This document shows positions 26,879 through 32,028 of a stretch of DNA of 32,028 bases, one piece after another. The stretch is from a virus, in the UHGV virus genome UHGV-0115055. The stretch is one strand, 5' to 3'. Made by a program: the position numbers and the translations under genes. Each line of letters starts with the position of its first letter. Position 1 is the stretch's first letter. Under the pieces are notes generated by a model, which had not been told where the DNA came from, ran no database searches, and saw only the letters and a program-made list of their open reading frames with translations.

Positions 26879-27397
26879 ATGGCAATGCCGCGCAAACTCA
26901 AATACATGAATGTCTTTCTGAACGGTTACAGCTATCAGGGCGTTGCAAAGTCCGTCACGCTGCCAAAACTGACCCGTAAGCTCGAAAACTATCGCGGTGC
27001 GGGGATGAACGGCAGCGCACCGGTAGACCTCGGCCTTGATGATGATGCGCTGTCAATGGAGTGGTCGCTCGGTGGATTCCCGGATTCGGTTATCTGGGAG
27101 CTTTACGCTGCAACCAGTGCTGATGCCGTACCGATTCGTTTTGCTGGTTCTTACCAGCGCGACGATACCGGCGAAACGGTGGCCGTCGAAGTGGTCATGC
27201 GTGGGCGTCAGAAAGAAGTCGATACCGGCGAGGGGAAACAGGGAGAGGATACCGAATCGAAACTCCCGGTGATTTGTACTTATTTCCGGCTGACGATGGA
27301 CGGTAAGGAGCTGGTCGAAATCGACACCATCAACATGATTGAGAAGGTGAACGGCGTCGACCGGCTGGAGCAACACCGCCGAAATATCGGCCTGTGA
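26879..27397 (+). CDS. FII: tail tube protein
   Basis: 172 aa, P2 FII size and position. Confidence 0.93.
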   Translation: MAMPRKLKYMNVFLNGYSYQGVAKSVTLPKLTRKLENYRGAGMNGSAPVDLGLDDDALSMEWSLGGFPDSVIWELYAATSADAVPIRFAGSYQRDDTGETVAVEVVMRGRQKEVDTGEGKQGEDTESKLPVICTYFRLTMDGKELVEIDTINMIEKVNGVDRLEQHRRNIGL

Positions 27398-27453
27398 TTT
27401 TCATCCGGTCAGCCAGGCTGACCGGTTAACCCTGATTCAGAAGTGAGAAAACC

Positions 27454-27729
27454 ATGAACAAAGAAAATGTCATTACCCTGGACAATCCGGTCAAACGTGG
27501 TGAGCAGGTTATCGAACAGGTCACGCTGATGAAACCCAATGCGGGGACGCTGCGCGGTGTCAGTCTGGCTGCGGTTGCAAACTCCGAAGTCGATGCACTG
27601 ATTAAGGTGCTGCCGCGCATGACGGCACCGATGCTGACCGAGCAGGAGGTCGCCGCGCTGGAACTGCCTGACCTTGTGGCGCTGGCCGGTAAGGTGGTCG
27701 GTTTTTTGTCGCCGAACTCGGTGCAGTGA
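27454..27729 (+). CDS. E: tail assembly chaperone E
   Basis: 91 aa, P2 E size and position; slippery heptamer T-TTT-TTG at 27702-27708 near its 3' end. Confidence 0.88.
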   Translation: MNKENVITLDNPVKRGEQVIEQVTLMKPNAGTLRGVSLAAVANSEVDALIKVLPRMTAPMLTEQEVAALELPDLVALAGKVVGFLSPNSVQ

Positions 27730-27881
27730 CGTTTCCGAAAAATCTGTCGGTCGATGACCTGATGGCGGATGTGGCAGTGATATTTCACTGGCCGCCATCA
27801 GAACTGTATCCCATGAGCCTGACCGAACTCATCACATGGCGCGAAAAGGCGCTCCGGCGAAGCGGAAACACGAATGAGTAA
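27454..27881 (+). CDS. E': tail assembly chaperone E+E' fusion, produced by programmed -1 ribosomal frameshift at 27702-27708
   Basis: After a -1 shift at T-TTT-TTG the frame stays open to TAA at 27879-27881, overlapping the T start (27874), giving a product of roughly 142 aa as in P2. This is the tape-measure chaperone frameshift arrangement conserved in tailed phages. Confidence 0.7.
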
Positions 27882-30321
27882 CAATGTAAAATTACAGGTA
27901 TTGCTCAGGGCTGTTGACCAGGCATCCCGCCCGTTTAAATCCATCCGCACAGCGAGTAAGTCGCTGTCGGGGGATATCCGGGAAACACAAAAATCACTGC
28001 GCGAGCTGAACGGTCACGCATCCCGTATTGAGGGATTTCGCAAGACCAGCGCACAGCTCGCCGTGACTGGTCATGCACTTGAAAAGGCACGGCAGGAAGC
28101 CGAAGCCCTTGCCACACAGTTTAAAAACACCGAACGTCCGACCCGTGCTCAGGCGAAAGTGCTGGAATCCGCAAAGCGTGCGGCGGAGGACTTACAGGCG
28201 AAATATAACCGCCTGACGGATTCCGTTAAACGCCAGCAGCGGGAACTGGCCGCTGTGGGAATTAATACCCGCAATCTTGCACATGATGAGCAGGGGCTGA
28301 AAAACCGTATCAGTGAAACCACCGCACAACTTAACCGGCAGCGTGACGCGCTGGCGCGTGTCAGTGCGCAACAGGCAAAACTTAACGCAGTAAAACAGCG
28401 TTATCAGGCCGGAAAGGAACTGGCCGGAAATATGGCCTCAGTGGGCACAGCCGGTGTGGGGATTGCGGCGGCGGGAACGATGGCCGGAGTTAAGCTGCTG
28501 ATGCCCGGTTATGAGTTTGCGCAGAAAAACTCAGAATTGCAGGCCGTGCTCGGAGTGGCAAAAGACTCCGCCGAAATGACCGCACTACGCAAGCAGGCGC
28601 GCCAGCTCGGCGACAATACCGCAGCCTCGGCAGATGATGCAGCCGGTGCGCAGATTATCATTGCGAAAGCCGGTGGGGATGTTGATGCCATTCAGGCGGC
28701 AACGCCGGTCACGCTGAATATGGCGCTGGCGAACCGCCGCACGATGGAAGAAAACGCCGCCCTGTTGATGGGGATGAAATCCGCCTTTCAGCTTTCAAAC
28801 GATAAGGTCGCTCATATCGGGGATGTTCTCTCCATGACGATGAACAAAACCGCCGCCGATTTTGACGGCATGAGCGATGCGCTGACCTATGCCGCACCTG
28901 TGGCAAAAAATGCCGGTGTCAGCATTGAAGAAACCGCCGCAATGGTCGGGGCGCTGCATGATGCAAAAATTACCGGTTCAATGGCGGGGACGGGAAGCCG
29001 TGCCGTGTTAAGCCGCCTGCAGGCACCGACGGGAAAAGCATGGGATGCACTGAAAGAGCTTGGTGTGAAAACCTCAGACAGTAAGGGAAACACCCGGCCA
29101 GTATTTACCATTCTGAAAGAAATGCAGGCCAGCTTTGAGAAAAACCGGCTCGGTACTGCCCAGCAGGCTGAATACATGAAAACCATTTTCGGGGAGGAGG
29201 CCAGCTCAGCCGCCGCCGTGCTGATGACTGCCGCCTCAACCGGAAAGCTGGACAAACTGACCGCTGCGTTTAAAGCCTCAGACGGAAAGACCGCAGAGCT
29301 GGTAAATATCATGCAGGACAACCTCGGCGGTGACTTTAAGGAGTTTCAGTCCGCTTATGAGGCGGTGGGGACTGACCTGTTTGACCAGCAGGAAGGCGCA
29401 CTGCGTAAGCTCACGCAGACGGCCACAAAGTATGTGTTAAAACTCGACGGCTGGATACAGAAAAACAAATCACTGGCGTCAACCATCGGCATCATTGTCG
29501 GTGGTGCACTGGCGCTGACTGGTGTCATCGGTGCCATTGGCCTCGTAGCCTGGCCGGTTATCACCGGCATCAATGCCATTATCGCGGCAGCAGGCGCAAT
29601 GGGGGCAATCTTCACGACGGTTGGCAGTGCTGTTATGACGGCCATCGGGGCGATTAGCTGGCCGGTTGTGGCCGTGGTGGCCGCTATTGTCGCCGGGGCG
29701 TTGCTTATCCGTAAATACTGGGAGCCTGTCAGCGCATTCTTTGGCGGTGTGGTGGAAGGGCTGAAAGCGGCATTTGCGCCGGTGGGGGAACTGTTCACGC
29801 CACTTAAGCCGGTGTTTGACTGGCTGGGCGAAAAGTTACAGGCCGCGTGGCAGTGGTTTAAAAACCTGATTGCCCCGGTCAAAGCCACTCAGGACGCGCT
29901 GAACCGTTGCCGTGACACGGGCGTCATGTTCGGGCAGGCACTGGCTGACGCGCTGATGCTGCCGCTTAATGCGTTCAACAAACTGCGCAGCGGTATTGAC
30001 TGGGTACTGGAAAAACTCGGTGTCATCAACAAAGAGTCAGACACACTTGACCAGACCGCCGCCAGAACTCAAGCCGCCACGTATGGCAGCGGTGGTTATA
30101 TTCCGGCGACCAGCTCTTATGCAGGTTATCAGGCTTATCAGCCGGTCACGGCACCGGCTGGCCGCTCTTATGTAGACCAGAGTAAAAACGAATATCACAT
30201 CAGCCTGACGGGGGGTACTGCGCCGGGGACACAGCTTGACCGCCAGTTACAGGATGCGCTCGAAAAATACGAGCGGGATAAACGTGCGCGCGCCCGTGCC
30301 AGCATGATGCATGACGGTTAA
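27874..30321 (+). CDS. T: tail tape measure protein
   Basis: 815 aa, P2 T size and position; coiled-coil-rich N-terminal half and Gly/Ala-rich hydrophobic segment. Confidence 0.93.
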   Translation: MSNNVKLQVLLRAVDQASRPFKSIRTASKSLSGDIRETQKSLRELNGHASRIEGFRKTSAQLAVTGHALEKARQEAEALATQFKNTERPTRAQAKVLESAKRAAEDLQAKYNRLTDSVKRQQRELAAVGINTRNLAHDEQGLKNRISETTAQLNRQRDALARVSAQQAKLNAVKQRYQAGKELAGNMASVGTAGVGIAAAGTMAGVKLLMPGYEFAQKNSELQAVLGVAKDSAEMTALRKQARQLGDNTAASADDAAGAQIIIAKAGGDVDAIQAATPVTLNMALANRRTMEENAALLMGMKSAFQLSNDKVAHIGDVLSMTMNKTAADFDGMSDALTYAAPVAKNAGVSIEETAAMVGALHDAKITGSMAGTGSRAVLSRLQAPTGKAWDALKELGVKTSDSKGNTRPVFTILKEMQASFEKNRLGTAQQAEYMKTIFGEEASSAAAVLMTAASTGKLDKLTAAFKASDGKTAELVNIMQDNLGGDFKEFQSAYEAVGTDLFDQQEGALRKLTQTATKYVLKLDGWIQKNKSLASTIGIIVGGALALTGVIGAIGLVAWPVITGINAIIAAAGAMGAIFTTVGSAVMTAIGAISWPVVAVVAAIVAGALLIRKYWEPVSAFFGGVVEGLKAAFAPVGELFTPLKPVFDWLGEKLQAAWQWFKNLIAPVKATQDALNRCRDTGVMFGQALADALMLPLNAFNKLRSGIDWVLEKLGVINKESDTLDQTAARTQAATYGSGGYIPATSSYAGYQAYQPVTAPAGRSYVDQSKNEYHISLTGGTAPGTQLDRQLQDALEKYERDKRARARASMMHDG

Positions 30322-30335
30322 GGAGGTGACGAAAA

Positions 30336-30815
30336 ATGATGCTCGCGTTAGGTATGTTTGTTTTTATGCGCCAGACGCTGCCACACCAGACCATGCAGCG
30401 TGAATCAGATTATCGCTGGCCGTCAAATTCCCGTATCGGTAAACGGGATGCCTACCAGTTTCTCGGTGTGGGTGAGGAAAACATGACGCTTGCCGGTGTG
30501 CTTTATCCCGAACTGACCGGCGGAAAGCTGACGATGACCACGCTCAGGCTGATGGCAGATGAAGGCCGGGCGTGGCCGTTGCTGGATGGCACTGGCATGA
30601 TTTACGGCATGTATGTCATCAGCAAGGTGAGTGAAACAGGGAGTATTTTCTTTGCAGACGGCACACCCCGGAAAATTGATTTTACGCTGTCGCTCACCCG
30701 CGTTGATGAATCACTGGCCGCGCTTTATGGCGATATCGGTAAACAGGCGGAATCGCTCATCGGTAAGGCTGGCAGTATGGCGACCAGATTCACGGGTATG
30801 ACGGGGGCGGGATAA
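30336..30815 (+). CDS. U: tail protein U
   Basis: 159 aa, P2 U size and position. Confidence 0.9.
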   Translation: MMLALGMFVFMRQTLPHQTMQRESDYRWPSNSRIGKRDAYQFLGVGEENMTLAGVLYPELTGGKLTMTTLRLMADEGRAWPLLDGTGMIYGMYVISKVSETGSIFFADGTPRKIDFTLSLTRVDESLAALYGDIGKQAESLIGKAGSMATRFTGMTGAG

Positions 30816-31978
30816 TGCTGGATACGCTGACATTTGATGCAGGCAGTACGCTGACGCCGGATTACATGCTGATGCTCGACAGCAGGGATATTACCGGCAA
30901 TATCAGCGACCGTCTGATGAGCATGACCCTGACGGATAACCGGGGCTTTGAGGCTGACCAGCTTGATATTGAACTGAACGATGCCGACGGGCAGGTCGAG
31001 CTGCCGGTTCGTGGCGCTGTCCTGACGGTGTATATCGGCTGGAAAGGTTTTGCCCTGGTGTGCAAAGGGAAATTTACCGTTGATGAGGTTGAACACCGGG
31101 GCGCACCGGATGTGGTCACCATCCGCGCCCGGAGTGCAGATTTTCGCGGGACGCTCAATTCCCGCCGTGAAGGCTCCTGGCATGACACCACGCTCGGTGC
31201 GATTGTTGAGGCGATAGCCTCCCGTAACAGGCTGGAAGCCAGTGTCGCGCCGTCACTGGCAGGAATTAAAATCCCGCACATCGACCAGTCGCAGGAGTCT
31301 GATGCGAAATTCCTGACCCGTCTTGCAGAACGCAACGGCGGTGAGGTGTCGGTAAAAATGGGAAAACTGTTGTTTCTCAAAGCGGGGCAGGGGGTGACGG
31401 CCAGCGGTAAAAAAATCCCGCAGATTACCATCACCCGCAGCGACGGCGACCGTCATCATTTTGCGATTGCTGACCGTGGAGCCTATACCGGCGTAACGGC
31501 AAAGTGGTTACACACCAAAGACCCGAAACCACAAAAGCAGAAGGTAAAACTGAAACGCAAAAAGAAAGAAAAACATCTGCGCGCACTGGAGCACCCGAAA
31601 GCAAAACCGGTCAGGCAGAAGAAAGCGCCTAAAGTACCGGAGGCGCGCGAAGGTGAATACATGGTCGGGGAAGCTGACAACGTTTTTGCCCTGACCACGG
31701 TATATGCCACGAAAGCGCAGGCCATGCGCGCCGCTCAGGCGAAGTGGGATAAGCTGCAACGGGGTGTAGCGGAGTTCTCCATCAGCCTGGCTACCGGTCG
31801 GGCAGATATTTACACGGAAACACCGGTCAAAGTGTCAGGCTTTAAGCGTGTCATAGACGAGCAGGACTGGACAATCACTAAGGTGACACATTTTCTGAAT
31901 AATAGCGGCTTCACGACGTCCTTAGAGCTTGAGGTAAGGCTTTCTGATGTGGAGTACGAAACCGAAGATGATGAGTGA
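30815..31978 (+). CDS. D: tail protein D (late control/tail gene D)
   Basis: 387 aa, P2 D size and position; start overlaps the U stop. Confidence 0.9.
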   Translation: MLDTLTFDAGSTLTPDYMLMLDSRDITGNISDRLMSMTLTDNRGFEADQLDIELNDADGQVELPVRGAVLTVYIGWKGFALVCKGKFTVDEVEHRGAPDVVTIRARSADFRGTLNSRREGSWHDTTLGAIVEAIASRNRLEASVAPSLAGIKIPHIDQSQESDAKFLTRLAERNGGEVSVKMGKLLFLKAGQGVTASGKKIPQITITRSDGDRHHFAIADRGAYTGVTAKWLHTKDPKPQKQKVKLKRKKKEKHLRALEHPKAKPVRQKKAPKVPEAREGEYMVGEADNVFALTTVYATKAQAMRAAQAKWDKLQRGVAEFSISLATGRADIYTETPVKVSGFKRVIDEQDWTITKVTHFLNNSGFTTSLELEVRLSDVEYETEDDE

Positions 31979-32028
31979 TGTGTTTTATTTTATCTGTTTG
32001 TTTTATAAGGATAAATTAACTAAAATGG

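Larger units (their letters stand above)
1..32028. mobile_element. P2-like (Peduovirus-type) prophage, near-complete: integrase through tail gene D; ogr and attR lie beyond the right edge
   Basis: Uninterrupted P2 gene order with matching protein lengths (Int 337, C 99, Cox 91, A ~761, Q 344, N 357, FI 396, FII 172, T 815, D 387 aa), cos site between cargo and Q, E/E' slippery site, nested lysC. Established knowledge of P2 genome organisation; not searched against a database. Confidence 0.9.

Noticed and set aside
28509-31434. Antisense and off-frame ORFs within T, U and D (28887-29321 -, 29355-29888 -, 30725-31183 -, 30862-31434 -)
   Set aside because: Embedded in the tape-measure and tail genes; no support beyond absence of stop codons.
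32024-32028. ATG at the extreme right end, possibly the start of ogr (late gene activator expected after D in P2)
   Set aside because: Only five bases are in the window; cannot be supported.
1-32028. CRISPR arrays, tRNA/rRNA genes, insertion sequences
   Set aside because: No regularly spaced direct repeats with unique spacers, no tRNA-like cloverleaf candidates noticed, and no transposase-like ORFs or terminal inverted repeats; the only mobile element supported is the prophage itself.

Overview
The window is almost entirely one P2-like (Peduovirus-type) temperate prophage of an enterobacterial host, running from the integrase at the left edge to tail gene D at the right edge. Gene order is colinear with phage P2: int, C repressor, cox, B, orf80-83, A, [cargo island 1], cos, Q, P, O, N, M, L, X, Y, K, lysA/B/C, R, S, V, W, J, I, H, G, [cargo island 2], FI, FII, E/E', T, U, D. 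Family assignments rest on protein length, synteny and recognisable motifs read by eye; no database search was possible. The backbone is GC-rich and ordinary. Two visibly AT-rich islands interrupt it at the two positions where P2 carries its accessory genes (tin/old between A and cos; Z/fun between G and FI), and both hold different cargo here. Island 1 (about 5908-8870) encodes a ~500 aa protein with an N-terminal ParB/Srx-like domain followed by a D12-class (Dam-like) N6-adenine DNA methyltransferase, which I read as a candidate restriction-modification-like or defense module. Island 2 (about 23926-25675) encodes a single 293 aa protein with a HEPN-like R-N-x3-H motif and three C-terminal Cys4 zinc-ribbon units, a candidate single-gene abortive-infection RNase. 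These two islands are the best candidates for an undescribed system. Other points: a mosaic tail fibre H with an internal duplicated domain and a C-terminal H-x-H repeat array, the E/E' frameshift site, lysC nested in lysB, the cos site, and a 31-bp palindrome upstream of the island 1 gene.
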